A stretch of DNA of 54,609 nucleotides, taken from contig CAUVNT010000001.1 in assembly GCA_963553475.1 (NCBI GenBank), forward strand, positions 1 to 54,609, in the 5' to 3' direction. Position numbers and translations under genes: made by a program. This DNA comes from an uncultured Candidatus Saccharibacteria bacterium (GTDB lineage Bacteria; Patescibacteriota; Saccharimonadia; Saccharimonadales; Saccharimonadaceae). The notes under the pieces are model-generated. The model saw only the letters and a program-made list of their open reading frames with translations, searched no databases and was not told the DNA's origin. Below are positions 10,214 to 21,883 of the stretch, piece by piece; positions within the stretch are counted from its first letter, which is position 1; each line of letters begins with the position of its first letter.

Positions 10214-12223
10214 CTAATGGGCAAACTGGGCGTTGTATAGCTTGGCGTAGAATCCATTCTGCTCCAGCAGGCTATCATGAGTGCCGGATTCGACGATATC
10301 GCCATGATCTATCACTAAGATCAGGTCAGCGTTACGGATAGTGCTGAGACGATGAGCGATGACAAAGGAAGTGCGCCCCTCAACCAGCTTGTCCATCGCC
10401 TGCTGGATTAGTCGTTCCGTCCGAGTATCGACGTTGCTGGTCGCCTCATCTAAGATGGTGATCGGGGCATTGGCCAGCATCGCCCGAGCGATTGTCAGGA
10501 GCTGTTTCTCGCCGGCCGAGATGTTATCAGCACTCTCACCCAGGATAGTATTCATGCCGTCAGGCAGTGACTTAATGACATGATCAACCATCGCCGTCTC
10601 TATAGCAACTCGCAGCTCCTCCTCGCTGGCGTCCGGTTTACCATAGAGAAGGTTCTCCTTGATCGTCCCCTCAAACAGCCATGTATCCTGCAAAACCATA
10701 CCGAAGTTACGTCGGATATTGTGTCGAGATATCTGCCTAGTGTCGACACCGTCTAGCTTGATAATACCTTCGTCAGGGTCATAAAAGCGCATCAGTAAGT
10801 TTACGATAGTGGTCTTGCCGGCGCCGGTTGGCCCGACTATGGCGACCTTTTGACCCGGCTTAATCTCGACACTAAGATCATGTATGACAGGTCTGTCCGA
10901 ATCGTAGCCAAACTTAACGTGGTCGAAACTAATCTGCCCCGTGACTTGGCCGATAGTTTGGCTACCCTTTTGCCAAGTAACCACCTCGTCTGGCTGATCA
11001 ATGAAACTGAAAACTCTCTCGCTGGCAGCTATGATCGACTGGATTAGGCCGGTCAGATTGGCGATCTGGGTAATCGGCTGGTTAAACCGACGAATATACT
11101 GAGAAAAAGCTTGGATATCGCCAATCTGTAGACGCCCTTTGACGACCAGGTATCCTCCTAGCGTAATGATGATCACGAAGCCCAGATTTCCGACAAACTC
11201 CATCATCGGATAGACTACACCGGCAATGAACTGCGCTCGCCAGGACGACCGATAGAGATCATTGTTGTAGCGGTTAAACTTGCTAATGGCTCGTTTCTCA
11301 CCACCAAATATCTTGACGATATTGTGCCCACTATATGTCTCCTCAATATGACCATTTAGCTTACCTAATATCTCTTGCTGACTGGCAAAGTACTTCTGGC
11401 TCAAACGAAAGACTATACCCACGACGATAGCGCTGATCGGCAGAGTCAGCATGACTGCACCGGTCAGCATCAGATTGATCGAGATCATCATCGCTAATAT
11501 ACCCGCAACCATCACGATGCTCTGAAACGCCTGGGTGATAATACTGGAGAGATTCTGCGACACCATATCAATATCATTAGTAATCCGAGACAATACGTCG
11601 CCATAAGAGTGACGGTCAAAGTAGCTAAGTGGCAGGGTATTGATCTTGTAACTAATTTCTCGGCGTAGGCGATAGACTGCCCGTTGCGTCACTCCGACAA
11701 TCACCCAGCCCTCCAGGTAGCTTAGAGTCGCCCCGATGATATAGATAGTGACCAGCCAAAGCCCTGTGCTAGCCATAGTGTCGAAATGATAATTCGGCTT
11801 CTTCGTAATGTCTAGCGCCATGATTTTGCGCCGTTGATTATCCGGTAGCTTGGCTAGCCGGGTCGTGAGCTTATCCCGCTCCGGTGCCGGCGTTCGTTCC
11901 ATCAGTTGCTTCACCGTCGTACCGGCTGGTAGCTTAGTCTGCTGAGGCAAGCTCCGCTTGACTGACTCATAGACCTTGTTAGCAGAGTAGTCGTCAGTGA
12001 CCTGGTTAATCATATCGCCTAGTACCTTCGGGCCGATCACCGTCAGGATAACTCCACCGAGAGTCAGAATGACAGTGATGACTATCTGCCCGGTGTAGTC
12101 CTTTAGATAATCGGCTAAGCGCAGAACAGTCTGACGAAAATGACGAGGCCTCTCGGCTGGGCTCTGACTGTGCCCGAAGACATTCCGTTTAGCTGGCTTG
12201 TCGCCGCCCGAGTTATCCGACAT
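10214..12223 (-). CDS. ABC exporter subunit (TMD+NBD)
   Basis: GPTGAGKT, ISAGEKQ, LDEATS, IAHRLST. Confidence 0.93.
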   Translation of the reverse strand: MSDNSGGDKPAKRNVFGHSQSPAERPRHFRQTVLRLADYLKDYTGQIVITVILTLGGVILTVIGPKVLGDMINQVTDDYSANKVYESVKRSLPQQTKLPAGTTVKQLMERTPAPERDKLTTRLAKLPDNQRRKIMALDITKKPNYHFDTMASTGLWLVTIYIIGATLSYLEGWVIVGVTQRAVYRLRREISYKINTLPLSYFDRHSYGDVLSRITNDIDMVSQNLSSIITQAFQSIVMVAGILAMMISINLMLTGAVMLTLPISAIVVGIVFRLSQKYFASQQEILGKLNGHIEETYSGHNIVKIFGGEKRAISKFNRYNNDLYRSSWRAQFIAGVVYPMMEFVGNLGFVIIITLGGYLVVKGRLQIGDIQAFSQYIRRFNQPITQIANLTGLIQSIIAASERVFSFIDQPDEVVTWQKGSQTIGQVTGQISFDHVKFGYDSDRPVIHDLSVEIKPGQKVAIVGPTGAGKTTIVNLLMRFYDPDEGIIKLDGVDTRQISRHNIRRNFGMVLQDTWLFEGTIKENLLYGKPDASEEELRVAIETAMVDHVIKSLPDGMNTILGESADNISAGEKQLLTIARAMLANAPITILDEATSNVDTRTERLIQQAMDKLVEGRTSFVIAHRLSTIRNADLILVIDHGDIVESGTHDSLLEQNGFYAKLYNAQFAH

Positions 12224-13970
12224 ATTTAGCCTCCTCTAATTCTCGCTTCATCTCGCTATCGCTAAATTGCGAGCTAGCTATCTCTCGATAAACCGAGCAG
12301 CTATTGAGCAAGCGACGATGCGTGCCGATACCGACCACCCTGCCTTTATCCAGCACGATGATCTGACTAGCGTCCTTGATAGTAGAAATACGTTGAGTCA
12401 CGATCAGAATGGTCTTATCTGACTCCTGCTGCATGAGCTGCCGTCGAAGCTTGGCATCTGTCTGATAATCCAGCGCACTAAAGCTATCGTCGAAGATGAG
12501 AATATCGGGGTCTTTAGCAATAGCCCGAGCGATGGATAGCCGCTGTTTCTGCCCGCCACTGACGTTGTTGCCACCCTGGGCGATACGAGCTTTATATTTA
12601 CCATCAAGCTCTTCGACAAAGTCTGCCTGAGCGATCTTAGCCGCCCGGCGCATCTCTTTATCCGATATATCCTCGTCAGCGTATTTGATATTACTAGCCA
12701 CCGTGCCGCTGAATAGCACACCCCGCTGAGGCACGAAGCCAAGTGCCTTGACCAGCTCCGCCCGACTAATCCGCCTGATATCATGACCGCCTATCAGGAT
12801 TTGCCCCGACGTCACGTCATACAGCCGTGGGATTAGATTGACTAGCGTCGATTTACCACTGGCAGTCGAGCCGATGATTGCCGTCATCCCACCCGGACGG
12901 GCTGTGAAGCTGACGTCATTGAGAACTGCCGATTCAGCCCCAGGGTAGCTAAAGGTGACGTGGCGGAACTCCAGCCCACCCCGGCAATCGTCTTCGATAG
13001 CCTCAGGGTCAGTCGGCTCAACGATCCGGCACTTCGTCTCCAAGATGGTGGCGATCCGGCCGGCCGACACCCTAGCCCTAGGTAAGGTCGAGATTACCAT
13101 AGCCAGCATTAGCACATTAAAGACCACCATCATGGCATACTGCAAGAAAGCCATCATACCGCCGATCTCCAGCTTACTCTCGACTATTAGATGAGCACCG
13201 ACCCAGATGATAGCCAGCACCGCCAGGTTAACGACCAAGGACATGCCGGGCTGAAGAATGCCGATAATCCGATTAACCCAGATCTCCAGCTTAGCCTTAT
13301 CAGTATTCGCTTGATTAAACTTACGCTCCTCTATCGATTCATTATTAAAAGCTCTGATCACTCTGAGTCCGGCTAAGTTCTCCCGAGCCACCAAGTTGAG
13401 CCGGTCAACCAGATCTTGTAACACTTTATACTTGGGGGTAACGACACCAAAGATCACCGCCATACCGACTAGCAAGATAGTCACCGTCAAGACGATTAGC
13501 CAGGTCATACTTGGCGCCGTTCTTAGTGCCCCGATCACCGCTCCGACGATCATGATCGGAGCTTGTATTGCTAGGCCAAGCACCATCTGGAAAGATTGCT
13601 GGACTTGCTGCACATCATTCGTCGAGCGGGTGATTAGACTCGCCGTCGAGAACTTATCAATCTCATTCAGCGAGAAGCTCTCTATCCGGCGAAAAATGTC
13701 CGATCGTAAATCACCGGCTAGACGAGCCATCGCCCGGCTAGTAATGATGTCCGAGACGATCATACCGGAGACATCAGCCAGCGATAGTGCCAGCATCCAT
13801 AGCCCCTGTCTTATAATCAAGCTAAGGTCGTTTGAGAGAATACCCTGGTCAATAATCTGCGACATGACCGCCGGTATCTTTAGGGTCGCCCAGACGCTGA
13901 TAGCAGTAAAGCCGACGATCAATAGCAGCTGCTTCCAGAGGGGTTTGAAATAATTCAGGATAAGTCTCAT
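12213..13970 (-). CDS. ABC exporter subunit with degenerate NBD (heterodimer partner)
   Basis: GSTASGKS, VSGGQKQ, FDDSFS, VTQRIS. Confidence 0.93.
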   Translation of the reverse strand: MRLILNYFKPLWKQLLLIVGFTAISVWATLKIPAVMSQIIDQGILSNDLSLIIRQGLWMLALSLADVSGMIVSDIITSRAMARLAGDLRSDIFRRIESFSLNEIDKFSTASLITRSTNDVQQVQQSFQMVLGLAIQAPIMIVGAVIGALRTAPSMTWLIVLTVTILLVGMAVIFGVVTPKYKVLQDLVDRLNLVARENLAGLRVIRAFNNESIEERKFNQANTDKAKLEIWVNRIIGILQPGMSLVVNLAVLAIIWVGAHLIVESKLEIGGMMAFLQYAMMVVFNVLMLAMVISTLPRARVSAGRIATILETKCRIVEPTDPEAIEDDCRGGLEFRHVTFSYPGAESAVLNDVSFTARPGGMTAIIGSTASGKSTLVNLIPRLYDVTSGQILIGGHDIRRISRAELVKALGFVPQRGVLFSGTVASNIKYADEDISDKEMRRAAKIAQADFVEELDGKYKARIAQGGNNVSGGQKQRLSIARAIAKDPDILIFDDSFSALDYQTDAKLRRQLMQQESDKTILIVTQRISTIKDASQIIVLDKGRVVGIGTHRRLLNSCSVYREIASSQFSDSEMKRELEEAKYVG

Positions 13971-14100
13971 CTGTTCTAGTTCACTCTTTCGTCCTTAGAT
14001 GATAGCACAAAGCCAGCGCTCTGTCACCTGAACGTCGCCTGCAACAATACTGTAGCTCAGAGCAGTACGTGACCTCTTCAGTTATACTACTTAGTCAGCC

Positions 14101-14439
14101 CCTCATTCTTCATCCGCATCATCATTTCCTTCAGACCCGCCTGGCTGGCTCGTGCACTGCTGAGCTTCAAGCGTGCACAGTCTTCAGGAAATGACAATGC
14201 AGATGAAGGACAACATGTACCCTTTGGTGCGCCTGTAATTTCCCGGTTTCATTCCGTAGTCTGACCTTGATTAAAGCAAACATTCCTAGGTACGAGTAGT
14301 GCAGTGTGGTTGACGAAGGCTGTTGATATAGCAGTAAGCTATCCAGTGCACGTGGTAGTTTATACGGTGCCAAGCCTGAGGAGACCACCTGTACTACTCG
14401 TATGCCATAGGACTATGCGTAGAGGGAAATTACAGACGC
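14101..14439. repeat. Structured non-coding repeat, copy 1 (modules C and A)
   Basis: Reverse-complement homologue of parts of 33221-33914; long nested hairpins. Confidence 0.85.
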
Positions 14440-14450
14440 TGATAAGCAGA

Positions 14451-17400
14451 CTATACTACCGCCCTCAGCGCCTCTTTCATCCGCTCATAGCCCTCAGGGT
14501 TCATGTTATCGGCGACGAAGTTGTCGTGGGGCTTACTCTTGATGCCTTTATGGTTCTCACCATAGTCCCAGACCGGGTAATGAGCACAGAAGTCCTCAAA
14601 GCTGGAGCAGCTATCGGCTACACTCAGGAAGTCTCTAGCAGCTTGCTTGAATGAACCGCCGTGCTGCAGGACCCAGTTCTCGATGCCGACACCACCTAGT
14701 CCTCCGATTCCCTTTGCCTCGGGACTACGTCTTGGTTTATAGGCACCGGCAGCCTTGAGGAACTGCTTAGCGTGGATAATGTTAGCTAGAACTTGCTGGT
14801 ATTTGGTCTCGGATTGTTGCTTAATGTTAGTTAAGCGGTCAGCTAATGCCATGTCGGTAGAATATTGGACTTTGTTAGTCTTCTGGGTAAAGGTGATATC
14901 AATGTTAACCGGTTCAGCTAACCCGTCGATGGATACTTGCTTGAGGCGGAGGTTGCCGTTGACTATAGCACTACCGTCATTCTCTCTACCAAAGGCAGTG
15001 AGGAGCGCATCAGTGATCCGCTGCTTCTTAGCCGGATCATTAAGGATGCTTCTATCCAGTCTGGCGATATAGTCAAAGTCACCGGAGCCGGGAGTATTGG
15101 TCTGTCTACCGGTTGAGCCGGTATCGATCATCTCCACTATGTTCTCAGTTAGGTCTCCATCTAGATAGTCTTTATAGCTGAGGTTAAGCTCAGGGATATT
15201 AGTGATGGCTTCTTTAATAGCTTGGTTAATTACGGCATGTTTACGATTGGTGTCGGAGATACCCTCAGGGATCTCTTCAATGATGGTACTTGTACTGGGG
15301 ACGGTAGTCTCTCCTACCCTGGTGGAGGGTAGTTCCAGCTCACTATCCGGGGCAAACTGGTAGTCGCCGGTATGGTAGTAGCTGAGGCCGGACATCTGCT
15401 CTCTCATCTTGTCATAGTCAGCCGGGGCAAAGATCAGCTCTTCACTGTTTTTGTCTATGATCGGGATATAGAAGCCACCCAGGGCGATTTCCAGCTTGGT
15501 GACTTCGGAGACGGGAGTAGAATCAATACGGGTAGAGTCGGTGACACAGTGATCGACCAAGTTCATACCAAAGCCGGTACGGATGCCATAATGACCGCTA
15601 CCGTCCACACCGGTAGCGAAGATTTCCAGCTTGGGCAATCCTTCTCGGCGATGACGCTTGGCCTCCGCTATCTCCTTGAGACGACGGTCAATCTCTTCCT
15701 GAGTGAGACCCTCACGGTCAAAGTTGGCGTCAGGCACACTCAGGTCGTAGACGCTTTGGTCAGCTTCACGACTATCTCGCCGAGTGACAATAAACCTATC
15801 ATTGTCAGGTCTCAGCACCACCCAGAGACCACGGCCATAATCGTTAGCTAACATATACCTATCCCAGCTATTCATTATTTGATTAGTGGTCTGCCCACCA
15901 TTTAGCTGGTCCGGCACTATGCTGGCATCAGCATCCAGCGGCGTAGTGTCACTGCGAGACGCATCGCCCAGGTACTCCTTAGAGATAGAGCCATTCTGAA
16001 AAGCGTAAGATGTAAGATAGGTAGCGAATACCATCGCCAACCGTCCCGCCCATACCCTTGACCAAGTCACCTGGCTGGAGCTTAGGCTCGCTGGTAGTAG
16101 CGAGATATTCAGCTGTTTTACGGTTTCTGGCGTCTGCCTCCTTGACAATGTTATCCATGTACTGTTCGGCACCGGCTAAATCCTCAATACCGACAAAATG
16201 GGCAAAGTAACGAACCGCTCGGTCAGCCAGAGTATACCGGCTGTTGGGCTTGATGAGACTGGTCAGGTTAGCGAAGTCAGTTTGGAGTGCGTTAGGTTGA
16301 GCCGACGGTGCATCTATGCCGGATTGCTGGTGCATCAGCTGATAGGGATGTTCTTTACCGGGCAAGGTACTGTTATAGATAGTGGCTAGGTGCCAAGCGA
16401 AGGCGCTGAGGGTGTCATAGTTGGCTTTAGTATCCTTATCCATTAGGTTAGTCGGCTGGTTAAAGGCACTCCAATCCAGATCACCGGAGCTTAGCTGATC
16501 AAGCAAGGTTTGACCGCTCTTTAGCGTAGTCAGATACTCCCTGATGGAGCGGTTATTAGAGCCGAACGAAGCTCGGAGCAAGTCGGAGACAATGATGGTG
16601 TCCCGGCTATTGAGCATCTGATCCAGCTTGCCACTCCTTATATCACCGGTGGCTTGCTGGAGGACGGGGCTGATCGTATTAGGTCTACCATAACTAAGGG
16701 GGCTGAAATTAAAATCATCTTCCAGATTCGGCGACGGGTGCATGGTGCGAAAGACCAGATAGTTCTTGCCGACATATGGCAGATGGTTGTGGATATAGAT
16801 GTCCTCGATCCTATCTAAAGCCTCGGGGATTTTATCTGCATCCAGCTTGAGTAGCTCACGAGTGAAGGCTTCGGAACGCTCGGCCAGCTCGCTGGCATTA
16901 GAGTTGGCTAGACGGGCTATGATACTTGCCGTCCGTCCGATCTGATCAATGGTTAGTTCATCGTAATGCTCTTTGATATATGAATCAAAGAGTTTCCGAG
17001 AATCGTTCCAGTAGTTACCTTTATTGATACTACCATAGCCTCTTGCGACTGCCATCTGCTTGTCATCCAGCCCCATCCGCTCTCTACCTGCTTCGTCTTG
17101 ATTCTGATAGTATCTAAGAATCATAAGGTGACCCCCTTGCGAGAAGATATCTTGCCAGACTTCCGGCTTCAGACCATTTGCGTCAGATAGCTCCGCATAG
17201 TTACCAGCAAGATCGGTCAAATGATGTAGATCAATAATAGCTTCCACATCATAACCGCCGTTTTCGTTTTTCATCTTGTCAAGTAGATCAACCATTGCTC
17301 TACTACCGTCAGCTTCGCTAGTCTGGTCCTTATTTGCCTCCAGAAATCCGGCAACCTCTGTACGCCATCCCTCGTCGTCATGTATAGAGTCGCATCTTGG

Positions 17401-19215
17401 GGTACAGATGTCTTGCAAAAATGATTTTGGGCGATTCTGAAAGAATGCATCCTTGAGAAGACCATTCTCATCTATCAGGTCGGATAGATCAAGTCTCTGT
17501 CCATCGCCCTGTTTTTCTTCGGCCATATCAAGCGCCTTCACCATACAGAGCCGCATCGCATCGTTGCCCAAGTAGCTAGATTGCTTCCGCCAGTAGTTAG
17601 CTATCAGATTATTGTCACTTGGGGTCAGATCAGGACTAACGACATAGCCGGACAGCAATGCATAATTACCGGTATTATTCAGGCTTAACCTAGATCCTTT
17701 TTTCGCCTCGCTAAATAGCTCCTTGAATTGATGATTATATAGTCGATCAGTAACTTCAGGAGTAACTAGCCCCAACTTGTACGCTTTGCTTTGAAGATCA
17801 ATTGACTTCTTAGCTCGTTCATCTGCATTAAGCTTATAGTCCATGCTTGTATAGAATAGCTTAGCAAGTGACTCATCTTTCTTAAACGGCTCCCAGCCGA
17901 GCCCTTTAAGCACATCATTGTATTTGGTCATATCCGTAGTCATATTCGCAAACAGTTCATCCACATCACTCAGGGTATCTTCAGTTAAATCAGCATTCAA
18001 AAATGGTTTACCCCCTTCAATCCTATCCCTTCTCCATGCTACGTCCTCTAAGATATCAGTCTCCATTTTTTCAAAGAGTTCACCCAGCTCCTGAACGCTT
18101 GCTCCAGACTTATTAATTGAATCTACTAAACATTGCCTGCCTCCTTCGCTAGAGCAAACTTTTTCAAGTACATCAGCCAAATACGCTCCGCCATCGGTTA
18201 CAGTCTGATATTGATATTGAGAAGAAATAGGTAATTCAGCACTCTTACCATTGTGTACTCTATCGGCAGCACTTACCATTTGCTCGACGGCGATCTCCTG
18301 GATATGATCGTTGTTAACAATCCTCTCCGGCGAGATGCTCGACTCCTTTAGCATGCTAGTATTAAATGCGACGAACTGACTCATTGCACCCAAGAATTGA
18401 TCAGCTATCTCTTCGTTACTCAGGTCAAGCTTACCGGTATTAATAGCTTCTTGTACCCCAAGATGTTCAGAATTCAGCTCAGTGGATAGTGCAACCTTTA
18501 GGTACACTTCCCTGACATCCGGTCTGGACAAATCAACCTTGTTCTCTTGAATAAGCTTATTTATGAAATTAGTGTTACTTCCGTCCTCATCCAAACAGCT
18601 CACCCAACTCAAATACTTTTTAAGTACTCGACCATCCTGCAATTTTACCCTGTCCTCATCAACCAACCGGTTCAACTGACTACACCTTTCCTGCTCCTCG
18701 GTACTTCTATCCTGAGCCGTCTTGTCGATCAGCTTAATTTGCCTGTCTACCTGAATCTCGTGGACAGAATGTCTCACCGAGTCGAGTGCCGTCTGCGCCA
18801 TGACGCCCAAGGGACTGGAACCAAGCAGCTCTATGATCCCCTTTTTCTTAGGCTGCGCCTCGGTGCCGGTCTGGACGGCCCGACCGGTCCGCTCTCCCGG
18901 GTTGACGTTAGTGCTATGTGGCATATCAGTATCAGCCTGAGCAGTCTGATTATCTTGACTACCCTGCTCTACCCGGCTAGACCGGTCGTTAGGTTCGTCC
19001 TGGCTGTCCTTGATTACCCGGACTTCAACGGTCTCGCCTTGATCTGAGGTGCGGTTGGTATCGTTAGCATTTTTACCGCCATTGACATCACTGGCGTTGC
19101 CGTAGTTATCTACTTTACTAGCTCCTTGTTCCGGCACGTCAATCTGCCATTGGTCAGCATTGGCGTCGTTGTTCGCTGTCGTCTCCGGCTGTTGATAGCT
19201 ATCGTGTCTATTCAT
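14451..19215 (-). pseudogene. Giant (~1585 aa) protein with C-terminal class I nucleotidyltransferase domain, frameshifted by a 7-bp duplication
   Basis: ORFs 15979..19215 and 14451..16172 join in frame if one GTAAGAT copy at 16005-16018 is removed. NTase motif GSTGRQTNTPGSGDFD. Confidence 0.75.
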
Positions 19216-19308
19216 AGTGCTTATGGAAATTATAGCAGATCTTCAGCTCACTCGGCGCAGCACTCACTCAGTACAATAAAGTGCTAGCGTCACGTCCGGC
19301 CGTACCAA

Positions 19309-21300
19309 TCATCCCCGACGCTTACTTTGCGCCAGCCTCTGCTTGATCTCGCTAATGGTGTCTCTCAGCTCAGCCGCCTGCTCGAACTCCAGGTTGGCCG
19401 CCGCTATCTCCATTTGCCCCGTCAGCTCACCGATCAGGTGCTGATATTCGTCAGTCGGAATCTTATTCAGATTCAGCTTGGGCTTCGCCTTTGACTCATC
19501 GACCGGGATGACCGCCCGTAGTCCCTCATCGATCAGCTTATTGACTGAGTGTGGGGTGATGTCATGCTCTTCATTATAACGAGACTGGATCACCCGGCGT
19601 CGCTCCGTCTCGTCGATAGCATAGCGCATCGCCCCAGTGACTTTATCACCGTACATGATCACCTTACCCTCGACATGGCGAGCCGCCCGACCGATCGTCT
19701 GAATCAGGGCCGACTCCGAGCGGAGAAAGCCCTCTTTATCAGCGTCAATGATCGCCACCAGGCTAACCTCCGGTAGATCCAGGCCCTCTCGCAGTAGATT
19801 GATGCCCACCAACACGTCGTAGACACCTTCCCGCAGCTCTCGCAAAATGTCGCTCCGCTCTAGTGTGCCCACATCACTATGGATATAAGCCGTCTTCACT
19901 CCCGCCTCGACCAAGAACTCAGTCAAGTCCTCTGCCATCCGCTTAGTCAAGGTGGTCACCAGAGTGCGCTGGTGTTTCTGGATCCGGAGCCGGATCTCAT
20001 TCATCAGGTCATCTACCTGGTGCTCGCTGGGACGAAGCTCAATCTCGGGGTCCAGTAGCCCGGTCGGGCGAATCACCTGCTCGACAGGCTCTTTCGAGTG
20101 TACCAGCTCGTACTCGCCCGGCGTAGCACTGACAAAGACCACCTGGTCAATGTGCGACTCGAACTCAGCGAAAGTCAGTGGGCGATTATCCAGAGCAGAG
20201 GGTAGGCGAAAGCCATACTCGACCAGCGTTTCTTTACGAGCTCGGTCGCCATTGTACATACCTCGTACCTGCGGAATAGTCATATGTGATTCATCGACCA
20301 GCAACAAGAAATCGTCAGGGAAATAATCCAGCAGAGTGGCCGGCTGCTCACCGGGTACCCGGCCGGTCAAGTAGCGGCTATAATTCTCGATACCTTTGAC
20401 GAAGCCGGTCTGCTCCAGCATCTCGAGGTCGTACTTGATCCGCTGGGTTAAGCGCTGAGCCTCAAGATATTTCTGATGATCCTCGAAGTATTTAAGTCGC
20501 ACCTGATATTCCTGTCTGATCTGCTCGATCGTCTGCCTCATCTTTTGCTCCGGTGTCACATAGTGACTAGTCGGAAAGATAGTCACCTGCTGTGGATAGC
20601 CCATAATCTCGCCCGTCAACGGGTCGATCTCCAGGATACGCTCCACTTCGTCACCAAAGAACTCCACCCGATAAGCCGTCTCCCGCCCCGAGGGGTAGAT
20701 ATCGACTGTATCGCCCCGCACTCGGAAGTTGCCCCGAGCAAAATCCAGGTCGTTGCGGTGATACTGGATGTCGCTCAGATGGCGCAAGAACTTGTCATGC
20801 TTGTAGCGCTGACCTAGCGATAGTTTGATCGACATCTCGGCATAATCACCCGGTGAGCCGATGCCGTAGATGCAGCTGACGCTAGCCACGATGATCACAT
20901 CTCGGTGGGTCAGCAGAGCACTGGTCGCAGCATGCCGTAGGCGGTCGATCTCTTCATTGATCCGTGAATCCTTTTCGATATAGGTGTCTGAGCTGGCGAT
21001 ATAAGCCTCAGGCTGGTAGAAGTCAAAGTACGAGACGAAGTAATGCACTTCATTCTCGGGGAAGAATTGCTTAAACTCTGAGAATAGCTGTGCCGCCAGG
21101 GTCTTGTTGTGAGCCAGCACCAAGGTAGTCTTGCCGGTATTCTTGATCAAGTTTGCCATAGTAAAGGTCTTGCCCGAGCCGGTCACGCCCAGCAGAGTCT
21201 GACACTTCTCGCCCCGTTCTATTCCCTCGGTCAGACGAGCAATTGCCCTCGGCTGATCACCAGTCGGCTGATACTTAGTCTGTAGTTTGTACTCCGCCAT
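19309..21300 (-). CDS. uvrB: Excinuclease ABC subunit B
   Basis: [36 protein letters not shown]. Confidence 0.98.
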   Translation of the reverse strand: MAEYKLQTKYQPTGDQPRAIARLTEGIERGEKCQTLLGVTGSGKTFTMANLIKNTGKTTLVLAHNKTLAAQLFSEFKQFFPENEVHYFVSYFDFYQPEAYIASSDTYIEKDSRINEEIDRLRHAATSALLTHRDVIIVASVSCIYGIGSPGDYAEMSIKLSLGQRYKHDKFLRHLSDIQYHRNDLDFARGNFRVRGDTVDIYPSGRETAYRVEFFGDEVERILEIDPLTGEIMGYPQQVTIFPTSHYVTPEQKMRQTIEQIRQEYQVRLKYFEDHQKYLEAQRLTQRIKYDLEMLEQTGFVKGIENYSRYLTGRVPGEQPATLLDYFPDDFLLLVDESHMTIPQVRGMYNGDRARKETLVEYGFRLPSALDNRPLTFAEFESHIDQVVFVSATPGEYELVHSKEPVEQVIRPTGLLDPEIELRPSEHQVDDLMNEIRLRIQKHQRTLVTTLTKRMAEDLTEFLVEAGVKTAYIHSDVGTLERSDILRELREGVYDVLVGINLLREGLDLPEVSLVAIIDADKEGFLRSESALIQTIGRAARHVEGKVIMYGDKVTGAMRYAIDETERRRVIQSRYNEEHDITPHSVNKLIDEGLRAVIPVDESKAKPKLNLNKIPTDEYQHLIGELTGQMEIAAANLEFEQAAELRDTISEIKQRLAQSKRRG

Positions 21301-21343
21301 TACTCCTGTCATTCTAGCATAGGCCTAGTGCTATAATCAGCTC

Positions 21344-21883
21344 ATGCGTTCCCGCCCCTTCGTAAAGCCCAGCCGAGACATCGTCGTCATCGCCCATAAC
21401 ATCCGCTCTATTCAGAATGTTGGCGCTATCCTCCGCACCGCCGAGTGCCTAAGCGTCAAACAGGTTTATGCTACCGGCTGGACACCTAATCTAGAGCGAT
21501 CCAGCGACGGAAGTTACCTGCCCCTACTGCCCCATATTAAAGCTAAGCTAGCCAGGCAGCTCCACCATACAGCACTGGGTGCCGAGCAGTACGTCCAGCT
21601 AACTGCTCACCCCGACGTCCTCGACCTCGTTAAGTCGCTAAAGAAAAGTGGCTACTATATCGTCGGGCTGGAGCAGTCTCCAGCTAGCGTGCCACTAGAC
21701 CAATTCCGGCCACCAGACAAGCTCGCTCTACTCTTGGGCGAAGAAGTGCGAGGGCTGGATGCTGCGCTGCAAAACACTTGCGATCAGCTGATAGAGCTGG
21801 CTATGTTCGGACACAAAGAGAGCTACAACGTCAGCGTCGCTACCGGTATCGCCCTCTATTATTTAAGCCTAGCCAGCAGTTAG
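21344..21883 (+). CDS. TrmH/SpoU-family RNA methyltransferase
   Basis: NIRS..NVGAILRT, LLGEE..GL, ESYNVSVA. Confidence 0.9.
   Translation: MRSRPFVKPSRDIVVIAHNIRSIQNVGAILRTAECLSVKQVYATGWTPNLERSSDGSYLPLLPHIKAKLARQLHHTALGAEQYVQLTAHPDVLDLVKSLKKSGYYIVGLEQSPASVPLDQFRPPDKLALLLGEEVRGLDAALQNTCDQLIELAMFGHKESYNVSVATGIALYYLSLASS

Noticed and set aside
14290..14402. Hammerhead ribozyme in module A (CTGAGGA and CGAA present)
   Set aside because: The GAAA/UH geometry does not fit; the motifs are better explained as tandem G-A pairs closing the AGGCT/AGCCT stem.
14167..14654. ORFs 14167..14388 and 14304..14654, and similarly 33615..33812
   Set aside because: They lie over the structured repeat or antisense to real genes, are not preserved between repeat copies and show no protein motifs.
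14451..16172. CBASS operon, or a separate 573-aa gene starting at 16172
   Set aside because: There are no cap effector neighbours, and the ORF's N-terminal ~55 aa are an out-of-frame overlap explained by the 7-bp duplication.
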